DNA of 64,000 nt from Octopus sinensis (taxonomy: Eukaryota), in NCBI RefSeq assembly GCF_006345805.1, contig NC_042999.1:100564001-100628000 (forward strand), written 5' to 3'. Shown in pieces: positions 35,501 to 47,500 of the stretch. Made by a program: the position numbers and the translations under genes. The notes under the pieces are model-generated. The model made no database searches. It was given only the letters and a program-made list of their open reading frames with translations, and was not told the origin of the DNA. Within the stretch, counting starts at the first letter, position 1; every line of letters begins with the position of its first letter.

Positions 35501-38500
35501 TGGAACTTATGTCAATTCCAATATAATCTTTTCTTTTCTCTATGTGCAGGGTTAATACTTTAAGAGAGGAGATAAGTCAACTGATTCAACATCAGTACAT
35601 CACAGTTAAATATTTTCTATTTCAGACAGGTGAATAGGATGAAAAGCAAACTCTACTTTGGCGGGATTTGAACCTGAGATGAAGCTGAATATAAAACTGT
35701 TATACTCGCTACCTAGAGAACATCCATAATCATTTGAATACAGAAATATTACTAAAAATAAATAAAATATTGAGTCTCAACAATCTTAAAGATGTAATAT
35801 CTCTAGAAAAAAGAAGCAATAAGGGAGCCTTTAAATGGTTGAACAACTTGCTAAATATAGCAGCCAAATCTCCCTCAAATCACACCGTAACATCTTAAGC
35901 AAAGAAGAATACATTGGGCAATGTAGTTCCTAGAACACTTCTGATTCCAGATCTGCTAGATCAGGGCTGACCTGGAGTTAAACAATAACAAGAAGAATTC
36001 TAAAGATACAGACCTGTCAGCAGTGGCCTCTCTTAAAACTTCAAATGCTTTTTTGCGCCATTGTTTAGGTCTACCAGGAGGCAGGAAACCAAATTGGTCA
36101 TGCTTTTTCAAAGCAACTGTATCAATTCTGGAAATATAAGACATTAAAAACTTAACAAAAATAAAAAAAAAGTTATAACAATTCATCATTATCATCATCA
36201 TTTAACATCCACCTTCCATCCTGACATGGGTTGCATTGTCTGGTGCAGGAGCCTGCACCAGACTTCTGTATCTGTTTTGACAGGGTTTTTACTGCTGGAT
36301 GCCCTTCCAAACACCAACCACCCATAAGAGTGAATTAATTGAAGAAAATAATTTTAAAATTATAAAGTGTGTTTGAATAATGATATAATCAGAAATGAAA
36401 TAACAAATTTTTACAAAAGAAAACAGCAAAATTGTTTCTTACATTAAGGTTTAGACTGTTAGAAAAGATAGAAAGATCTCTAATATCAATGCCTTCCACA
36501 AGCTCATTAGTAACACAAAACAATGACGGAGACAACACATTCACTCATCATATTAAAAATAACATCCAAAATTCCCCAAAATCCCAACTCAAGGGAAAAA
36601 ACTGGATAAAGCAGTATTGGATACACTATATAAAAAAAAAAAAAAGAAAAAAGAAAATGATGGTGACAGCTGGAATGCCTTTGATTATAACAAGATTCCA
36701 AATAGACCCTTGTGAATCATTTTATCAAGAATTTCACCAAATGACAAAACATAAAAGTCCTACTCCTGAATCATTTAACATCATTGTGATACATTTGCCA
36801 AATTGTTTCTTGAGTTAATACAAGATTGCAGCATGAGTATTTCTTGCATATTGAAGAAAGAAAGTTTGAGTATCCAACAATGAAATGAAATCAAAACATT
36901 CTATCATTTCATAATCATCACCATTTAACATCCATTTTCCATATTGGCAACGGTTGGACAGTCTGACCAGAGCTGGCAAGCTGGAGAGCTAGACCAGGAT
37001 TCAGTCTGATTTGACTTGGTTTCTATGGCTGGATGCCCTTCTTAATGCCAACCACTTTACAAAGTGTGTTGAGTGCTTTTTATGTAGCACTTTCACAGGT
37101 GCTTTTTCTGTGGTACCAGCATGAACGACTGCCTGACAATTCATGGGCTGTCCCTAAGCGTTTGATTGGTTGCCTTCACATTATAAGTTTGCTTAAAAAG
37201 AAAAGCTCAGAACAATTCTACAGTAACATTATAAAAAAAGTGAGAGTAACTATTAACATGATTTTAAAAAATCCATTTCCTAAATTACAGGTAATAATAA
37301 GAAATTATTGAAAAAGATTACCTTTCTTCTCGTTCAATGATACGAAGCACAGTGACAATGATAGTCGGCTCTTGCCTGACAGATATTAAGGCTCGTTGAA
37401 GTATAATCCACAATTGTTTGCCAAGTGCTTCAGAAAGTTTTTCAACTTCAGCAAAATAATGCTTTAAAGTCTAAAATAAAATGGAATGGTAAAAATTAAA
37501 CAGTTGATACAGTAATTGAAGCAACTCTTAGAAATATTGGCATAATAAAGAAAAACACATGAGAAGCTACATCATGTTGCAAACAACTGATATCAGCAAA
37601 TCAAAGTGAAAGGTAATATTCATATTAATTTTACAGAGAGAGAAAGAGAGAGATATTTCGTTTTTGGATTTGGTTTGCAAGATTCTTTATATGAGTTCGT
37701 GTGTTGAAGCATATTCTGTTGTGTCTGGGGAGAATCATTTTCTTTTTGTGCCTCATGACACAGCAAAATATGCTTCAATACACAAACTCAAAGAGGAAAT
37801 GATTCTCCCCAGACATAACAAAGAGAGAGATGTTTAACACTTCAACTAATAGCATATTATCAACAATGCAACAGCATGCAAAATATTAACATTTTAAATT
37901 CAGAAACATTCTAACTGATTGAGTTCTTGTAAAAGATTGCTGTTAATAAACATAAGCTTAACTTTTATAAATTAACCAGTTCATATTTAGTCAAAACAAA
38001 GTTAGGCACAGGCATGACTATGTGGTAAGATGTTTGCTTGTCAACCACATGGTCTGGAGTTCAGTTCCATTGAGTGGGTAAGTATCTATAGCCTTGAGTT
38101 AACCAAAATCTTGTGAGTAGAGATTTGGTCAGTGGAAAGTGAGACAAGCTAATCGTGTGTATATGTATGTATGTATGTGTGTGTGTGTGTGTGTATACTC
38201 TTTTTCTCTTTTACTTGTTTCAGTCATTGACTGTGGCCATGCTGGAGCACCGCCTTCAGTTGAGCAAATTGACCCCAGGACTTATTCTATCAGTTTCTTT
38301 TGCAGAACCGCCAGGTTACGGGGACGTAAACAACCAAGCTATGTTGGTGGGGGACAAACACAGACACAGAAACACACACATATATATATGATGGGCTTCT
38401 TTTAGTTTCTGCCTACAAAATCCACTCACAAGGCTTTGGTCAGCCTGAGGCTATAGTAGAAGACATTTGCCCAAGGTGCCACGCAGTGGGACTGAACCCG

Positions 38501-38555
38501 GAACCATGTGGTTGGTAAGCAAGCTACTTACCACACAGCCACTCCTGCACCTATA

Positions 38556-38598
<43 letters not shown>

Positions 38599-41500
38599 TA
38601 TATATATATAAACACACACACACATATTTATTTGTATATGTTTGTGTCTGTCCCCACTTCATTGCTTGACAACCAGTGTTGGTTTGTTTACAGTCCAGTA
38701 ACTTAGCAGTTTGGCAAAAGAAACTGATAGAATAAGTGCCAGACTTAAAAAAAGAAAAAAAAACTAAAATGAAACTTTTAAAAATAGTTCATTTATCTCA
38801 AAATCATAATATTCCAAAAAATTTCTTACATTTTTGTCAGTGGGACTTTGTTGAGGCTGTCGGTGAAGTTCCAGAAGTAAATCATCTCGAGACATTTCCA
38901 GGTCCATTAAACTACAAAGTAAAAATAACATAATCAATAAACTTAATAATACTAAAAGTGATATGAGAATTATACAAGATACCACTACTACTACTACTTA
39001 ATAATCATAATCCTTTCTACTATAGGCACAAGGCCTGAAATTTTGAGGAGGGGACTAATTGATTACATCAACCCCAGTGTTTCACTGGTACTTAATTTAT
39101 CGACCCTGAAAGGATGAAAGGCAAAGTTGACCTCAGTGGAATTTGAACACAGAATGTAAAGACAGACGAAATGCTGCTAAGCATTTTGCTGGCATGCTAA
39201 TGATTCTGCCAGTTTGCCATGTTAATAATAATAATAATCCTTTCTACGATAGGCACAAGGCCTGGAATTTGTGTGGAGGTGGGGATAGTTGATTACATCA
39301 ACCCCAGTACTTGACTGGGACTTAATTTATCAAAGAAAGGCAAGTCGACCTCGGCTGAATTTGAACTCAGAACATAGCAGCAGATGAAATGCCACTAGGC
39401 ATTTTGCCCAGCAGGCTAGTGATTCTGTCTGCTCACTGCCTTAATAATGATAATAATACACCAATTTTTCCATTAGTTGGTAATTATAATTATTATTATT
39501 ATAAAGTAGTGGAAAATCAAACTTCACAGAGATATTAAGTTGTGTCTGTTTATGAACTGAGTTTAACTTTATCTTCTGGGGTTGAAAAAACAAGTACCAC
39601 TCAAGCATGTCTGTTAATATGACCAACTACTTTTGTTTAGTCCTCTAAAATAAGTAGCCTTATGCTTATGTTAGAAATCATTCTTATATAATCTAAGAGG
39701 TGGTAGAAGGCTGGGCTCAATGCAGTGTGGTATTTCATTACAATCCTTTATATTCTGAGTTGGAGTTGACTTTATCTTTCACTCTTTTGAAGTCAATAAA
39801 TAATGTATCAATCACATATTTGGGCTATTTCAACCAATTATAACCATCCCCTTAAGTTAGAAATAGGTTAATATTATTACTATTATCACTGTTATGATGA
39901 TGATGATGATAATAAAAATGTATCATCATCATCACCACCATCATCATCTCTGATGCACAGTCAAAAACAGAGTATTTTGGTTCACTTGCACCACATAGTT
40001 GGCAATAACAGAGTTTTGTTTTTTATTGCCAACATATGATAAAATCATGCAAACTATATATATAAATCAACAAGAGAGACTCCATATGGTCACTTGATCT
40101 GCTAAATCAAGTGACTACAAAAACAGATAAGAATCCTTCAAATCACATGCAACCATCTTAACCATTTTGATACCAACCCACCTGAAACCGCCTCTGGCTC
40201 TGTAATACAAATGTCTTGTTTTTAAAAGTTCTGAATTAAAATATTCCACCAAACCTTAGTCACTATGTTCCTAACACTAGCTTGATAACTAAATTATTTT
40301 ACTAAATTCTTTGTTATATTTAAAATTGATAGAAATAAACAAAGATCATCTAAACAGAAATATGGTAACAAAAGGGTTAAAAAAAGAAAGACATGTTATA
40401 ATGTAATCTTGGCTGTTGCAAAACTTATATCATAGGTCAGATTCTTCAAGGCTGATCAAGGGCTACAAATAATTAAACCTAATAATTGTAATATCAGCAG
40501 AAATAATTGACGATATTCACATATAAATATATAATTTAGGAAACAAATCTGAACTACACAAAAGTTTGTTTTTTATAAATAAGGAAATAAAAAAAGAGTT
40601 TAATTAGAAGCTGAAATGTTCTTTGAGAACTTAATACACAACAACTTCACTTCATAAAACACTGCACCTCACTGAGAATTTTCCCTAAGAATATTTACAG
40701 AACGGTCAATATCGACTTACAACCTCACAAACTAGATGCAGTGGAATCGTGTCAGTAACCAAGTCATATTAGGTGTGATGAAAATTTTGACACCAAATAA
40801 TAAATGTTTAAGTGAAGTGAACAGTTTTTGTGTGTTTCTGAATGGTTAATATATGCCTTCCATGCTGTAATCATTTTAGTTTCAACACATGGTCTCAGAT
40901 AGGATTACCTGTCAAGTACGTCTCTAAAACTTCAACAAACTGTCTTAAGTATATCTTTGGTCTCTTGATTTAACTAGAGAACAATCAATCAATTAACACA
41001 ATACAACATGGGTACCATCTTAAAATGTGAAAAATAAATTTTGCCACATACTATTTGTGTGCTTGAAGTAGCTTGCTTTCATTTATTAATTCTTGTGTTT
41101 TTCTTACAGTTTCTGGAACTTGAAATATGTGTTTCAAATTTTCAACTGCAGCATCCAGCTACAAATTAAATACATATCATTAGTGAGTGTATAATATGAT
41201 AAATTATAGGTCTACAAATGATTATTTATTTGTGTATAATACAATTTAATGATATACTATACAAGATGAGAATTTATTTGTGCACAGTTTATTGCAGTAT
41301 AAGATGATTTATATAATTTAGTTGAATTAAATATGATTATTTCTTTTTCACAGCGCAAATTATACCAACCCTGATCAATTGTTGACTCTTTGTGCAAATT
41401 ATACTATATGTTACATTATATTATTTTACATATATATATTGTTGTTCATTTGCTTAATAACTGTTTTTTCCATGACAGCCTGGTTTAGACAAGGTGTTAT

Positions 41501-44500
41501 TTGATGCAGGATTTTACAGCTGGAAGCTTTCCTTTTATCTGCCTTCACTTGTTTTCAGATGAGAGATTTTTATATTCTACAAGTCTTTGAAAGCACAGTG
41601 ACCAGACAGACTGTCATCAAGGAATGACAGCATGAGTACCATTTTCATCAAATGGTGACAAGCAATATATCAACATACATGCACATTCACATGCATAAAT
41701 ATAATGTACACTATATGCTTAATAAGTTTCATCATCATCATCGTTGTCATTTAACGTCCACTTTCCATGCTGGCATGGGTTGGATGGTTTGATTGAGGAC
41801 TGGTGAGCCAGAAGGCTGCACCAGGCTCAATCTGATCTGGCAAAGTTTCTGCAGATGGATGCCCTTCCTAATGCCAACCACTCTGAGAGTATAGTGGGTG
41901 CTTTTACGTGCCACTGGCATGAGGGCCAGTCAGGCAGTTCTGGCAATGACCATGCTCAAAAGGTGAACCAAACTCTTTCCAAGGTATTGGTTAGACTGGG
42001 GACAATAGAAGACACCAACCCAAATGCTGCACAATGTAGAGAGTGTATATAAGACAGACATAAATTACTAACATAAAAACTCTTGCACAATCACTCAAAT
42101 CTTGATTTAACAATTAAATTTCCTTTATCAAACCTGAAAATACTTGAAAATATTTCTAACAGAAAAGACTATATATGGCTGCTTAATCTGGTAGAAATCT
42201 CACCCAAATTTCCCTCAATAACATTGATATTGTAGTCCCACGTATGACATATTTAAGTGAAGGCTGAGACAGTCACGATTGGAATACTTTTGATCATAGG
42301 TTTGACCTACCGGGAGACTAAACAACAATAATCAATCAATCAATAAAGTTTGAAACAGATCAACTCACAGAACATCCTATCCCTGACCAGTCTCTAACAA
42401 TTGTATGAGATGGAAATTAAACATAAGGAGAGGGGTGAAAGAGAGAGAGAGAAAAATGAAAGTGTGAGACTTCATAGCTAAGATATACAAACCTGGCAGA
42501 AGTTAGCGTTTTCTTCTTTCACTTTGCTCAAACTTTCATGTAAGGAAGCAATGGACTTGTAAGATTCATCAATGGCATCCATGCTGGTATAAAAGAAGAT
42601 AAAGAATTTAGCTTTTTATTTCAGTATCTTGTTAACAGTATTACAACTCATCAACTCTCCAGCTGCAATAGAAAAGCAATTCATCATTACTGTTTTACAA
42701 CCACTGATTCTATATACAAATTGACATTTGCATTTTTGGATGGACCCAGTTCTTCTCATAGATGGATATCCAAAATTATACAGATTGATAACATCATCAT
42801 CATCATCATTTAACATCCATGTTCCAGGTTGGCATCGGTTAGACAGTTTGACAAGATCCAATGAGCCCTAAGGCTGCATCATGCTCCAGTGTCTGCTTTG
42901 GAATGGTTTCTCTAGATGGGTGCCCTTCCTAATGTCAGCCCCTTTACAGTGCGTAATGGATGCAGTGTTTATGCCACCAATACTAAATGAGTTCACCATG
43001 CAGCTTGCAAATCTACATAACCAAAGGAAGTAGGGAGACACATCTCTATGCAAGGTGGAGGTTAAGGTACAATAGAATGGGTTGAAGTAAAATAGGTTCT
43101 TGTTGTAGAGGAGCTACATGGCTACTCATATTTAGGGGAAAATGAGAATGAACCAGTGGTATCTCTAAAGAGTTAAATAGTAGTGATAGTATCCTTTGTC
43201 CAGAATTCTAAAACTTTCACAGATTGAATGTTTTCTGTGTGAGAGAAGTACCACATACAAAATTCCAAAAAATGCTGAAAAGATTTCCAAGCAATGTACA
43301 GCTATTGTTAGTCAGGTGTTGAGTTTGTCAGCTGTTGGGAGTGATCTCATCAGCCAAGGCATCTATCCATTGTCAGTGATTACCTTTTCAACACTTTCAT
43401 TTGTGAATCACTTATGATGTATTCTGGACTCAATTGGTTCAAAGAATGTCTGAAAGGTCTTTAGATAATCTATCAGTAATAGTGAACAGAAAGAGAGGAG
43501 GTATTTGTTTATCAATACCACATAAAAATTTGACAGTGGTGAAAGCATGAAGCATCTGACTGAGAAGTCTGGCACTAGAGCAATCACTATATACAGCTTT
43601 AAATATCAGAACAATAAACTATTGAAGTTCTATGCTGAAAATGATGACCTGAAGTTATTATAAAACAGAAACAAAACATAGCATAGAGCAAAAAATGAAA
43701 AGCTGGATCATGTGTTAGTTGAGTAGACATGTCTACTCTAGAGTGAACATATGTCATACAACTGACTGATGATCATGAAACAGGTAAAACTCTATGATGA
43801 AGTGAATACTGAAAGCAAATGCAAACATTCACAAGGCTGAGAAGAAAAATTTTTTAACAAGTTATGACATAAGATATTCTAAGAGTGGTAGTGATATGGT
43901 ACCTGGTGATCACAAAAAAGCTGAGAAATTCAGTGATGTTTACAAAGATCACGACTAATAAAAATAGCAGAACATATACAGAGGCAAAATCATTTGCATG
44001 CTGGATAAAATGCTTAGAGGTATTTCATCAGTCTTTACATTCTGAGTTCAAATTCCACCATGGTTGTCTTTTCTTTTCATCTTTTCGGGGTCAATAAAAT
44101 AGTATACTTTTGCTGAGATGTACAGGCATTCATAAGGATAAACTTGCAATGGTAAGGAAGAGCCTGCATCTTCACTGTTTTAAACGTATGAATACATTAC
44201 AAAACATTTTTGCACTAACAAAGGGGTAACCATCACTAGGGACAGATTTATCTCTTTTGTCTATTTCTAGTAGTCAAAGGAAAAATTATTACATCGAAAC
44301 ACAATATTGCATGCAAAGTCAGGAGATGGACTGTTGACATTTTGGTCTGTTGGCTGAAACAGTAGAGGAAATAGAATATGAATAATTTATCTTCCAATCA
44401 GTTGTGGTTCCAGAAGTCACAAAACAGACTTTGCAGATTTATACTGTTGTAAAATGTTATTGGAAAAGGTTTAGAAATGTTGGAATTGTTTTAGGCAGCT

Positions 44501-47500
44501 CACCTTTGCTTTATCTCATAGACATCTTGCAGTGCACTCTGTAGCTGATTTAAGCCAGTCCTTACTCCATCAAGTTGTGACTGTACAGCTGTTTTCAGCA
44601 TTGCTTCTACTGAAGCCTAAATAAAAACAAAGAATAATTTAAACTTAGTGTAATAGATGCAATAGATCATCATCATTGCTATTATCATTATTAATATTAT
44701 TTACAGGTTAACAATTGTTTTCCAATATTTGCATGGGTGAGGAGATGTTTATTTGCTACAATAATGGAACAATCAGTGTTAGGTGCCTTGCTCAAAGATA
44801 ATATAATGAGTTGTGAGATCTGAACTTATGATATTGTGCTGAGTACTCTCACATCTTAGCCTCAAAGACATTTTATACAAATTTTTAACGATAAAAATTT
44901 CAATTTTACTTTGATCTTCTGTTTTTTTTTCATTAGATTCAATTGTTAAGTCATTTGTAGTCTATGTTAGACAACTTCACAAGAGTTTCTCATAGCTATT
45001 GATAATGAGGCAGACTGAGTGATTGAGAATGAAATATTTCTGCTCAGAAGACAACATTGACCAGCTTCAGCTGTACTGGAGCTAGAATATATACCATTGC
45101 AATAGAATAAGAACAATTGCAACTCATTATAGTTTTGGTCACTGATTATATCTATTCACAGCCACATGCAATAAAGCACTCACAGTCAAGGGATGAACTG
45201 TCATTATTTTGCTCAGCTGGAACTCTGAATGTAAAATAAGTCAGTTTACTTGAAAAACAAGAAAAATTATAGATACCTTTTTGCGTGCAACACGTCTCTT
45301 ATATTGATCAACTTTTTCCAGCTGGTCAGGCCTCTAAAACATAAGATAGACAATAAAATAATATAAATAGATTAAGTAATGTTCAAATAAGAAGTTTCCC
45401 TACATCTTTAATTTTAAACACATAATCATCAACATTATCATCACATTGCAGGGTGTTGTGGCGAGAGTCATTGATACCACTGGGGGATTGGAAGAATGGA
45501 CTAGCCCAACTCTTATTAATAGTGGTTGGTAGTAGTCAGTGAATATTTGGTAGTCTCGCCAAGTACTTCATGTGAACACATTGATTTAACCTCTGCTGCA
45601 TAATTTATCTATACCAACCTATGGAAGGATATAAAACAAGGTCAAGACAAACTTTCTACAGTTGGATGCCCTTTCTGTCACCAACTCTTGTTTCCAAGCA
45701 AAGAAATACATCCCTCTAGCCCTTTGAACATGACCAGAACAATGGCTAGGTAGGTTTTCAGGGAAGATTGCAAATGACAGACATCACTTGTATCATCATC
45801 ATCATCGTTTAGCGTCCGCTTTCCATGCTAGCATGGGTTGGACGGTTCAACTGGGGTCTGTGAAGCCAGAAGGCTTCATCAGGCCCAGTCAGATCTGGCA
45901 GTGTTTCTACGGCTGGATGCCCTTCCTAACGCCAACCACTCCGTAAGTGTAGTGGGTGCTTTTTACGTGCCACCCGCACAGGTGCCAGACAGAGCTGGCA
46001 AACGGCCACGAACGGATGGTGCTTTTTATGTGCCACCGGCACAGGGGCCAGGCGAGGCTGGCAACGGACACGAACGGATGGTGCTTTTTACGTGCCACCG
46101 GCACGAGGCCAGTCGGAGCGGCGCTGGCAACGGTCGCGAACGGATGGTTCTCTTACATGCCACCGGCACTGGTAACACATCTGCAATTTCCATTGATCGA
46201 TTTCGATGGGTGACATTCATTGACAACTATTGCACAATGTCAAGATGAGGAGACACCAACATGTGTGCATGTATGTGCACACACACATGCATGTGCACAT
46301 GCGAATGTATGTATGCATGATGGAATTAAGAAAGGCATCCAACTGTAGAACTATACTAAAACAGGCAATGGAACCTAGAGTGGCTCCTAGCTTTGCCAGC
46401 TTCTGTCAAACTGTTTGCCCTATGCTAACATGGACAATAGACATTGAATGATAATGATGATGGGCTCTTTTCAGTTTATGTCAACTAGATCCACTTACAA
46501 GGGTTTGATTGGCCTGACACCTTTGTAGCAAACACTTGCCCAAAGTGCCATACAGTGGGACAGAACCCAGAGTCATCTCAGTGGGAGGGTTTCCATTGGT
46601 CAGGTTTGATCATGAATCAGAATCTCTATGAGCTGATGTGAGCAAGGATTTTTTGTAAGACAGACAGTTGCCCATTTATACAAATCTCCTCTCTCCAAGC
46701 TACAAGTGCTGTCCAAAGGAAAGACTACTGGTCCAGGGTTGATAGAGCCTAGCACCAGTGTCATCACAAACATGGCTGTTAGAATGCAAAAGGGTATCTC
46801 GTTCAACACTGTAACATCATTATCATAATTTAACATCTGTTTTCCTAGCTAGCACAGGCCGGATGGTTTGACAGGAACTGGCAAGCCAGAGAGCTGCACC
46901 AGACTCCAGTTGTCTGTTTTGGCATGATTTCCTAACAATCATTTACACATTGCAATGCTTCAAATAAATCACAATACTCTTAAACTATGTTTGATTTTTC
47001 TTTTCTTAGAAGAAAATCTGGATTTTGCCTCAAAACATTCACTTCACTTGAAAACTTCAAAACTGCATGAATTTTACACAGGCTCATGAACTGTGGGTAC
47101 AAGCACACCCACTAAAATGTTTGGGTGGGGCAATGAAAATGCTTTGAACATCCTGGGTTGGATGTGGGTTTGCACCCATTAAACAAATTTTGTTCCTGCA
47201 CTTATGGAATTTTGTAATCATCAACATTATCATCATCATCACCACCATCATTGTCATCAACATTTAATGTCCATTTTCCATGCTGATATGAGTTGGATGG
47301 TTTGACAGGATTTGGCAAGTTACAGGGTTGTGTTGAATTCTAATGTCAGCTTTGGCATAATTTCTATGGTTAGATGCCCTTCCCAATGACAACCACGTTA
47401 TACATTTTACAATGTGAATATATATTACAACTAAACAAAAAAAATAAGAAGAAGAAATGTGCAAAGTAGATGTTTCAAAATAGGTAATTTTGTTAAATAA

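Noticed and set aside
36432-36818. 128-aa plus-strand ORF in an EXOC3 intron
   Set aside because: Crosses a poly-A run and a dispersed repeat fragment; no start context, splice support or recognisable domain.
43196-43417. 73-aa ORF in unique-looking intronic sequence
   Set aside because: Non-ATG start, no motif and no splice sites; probably a decayed unclassified repeat.
43765-43842. C/D-box snoRNA or hammerhead (CTGATGA...GAAAC, ATGATGA...CTGA)
   Set aside because: No stem II or stem I for a hammerhead; no D' box and no convincing terminal stem for a snoRNA; TGATGA is very common here.
45950-46170. CRISPR-like repeat/spacer pattern (also 10420-10570, 18150-18320, 19520-19780)
   Set aside because: Spacers are homologous to each other, the arrays are part of RTE 3'UTRs, the context is eukaryotic and no cas genes are present.
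45838-46248. 136-aa ORF and similar ORFs at 10267-10690, 18068-18318, 19186-19878, 26048-26612, 38139-38405, 41855-42052, 48467-49003, 53043-53399, 56217-56459
   Set aside because: They lie within RTE tails, SINEs or microsatellites; open frames arise from repeat composition.
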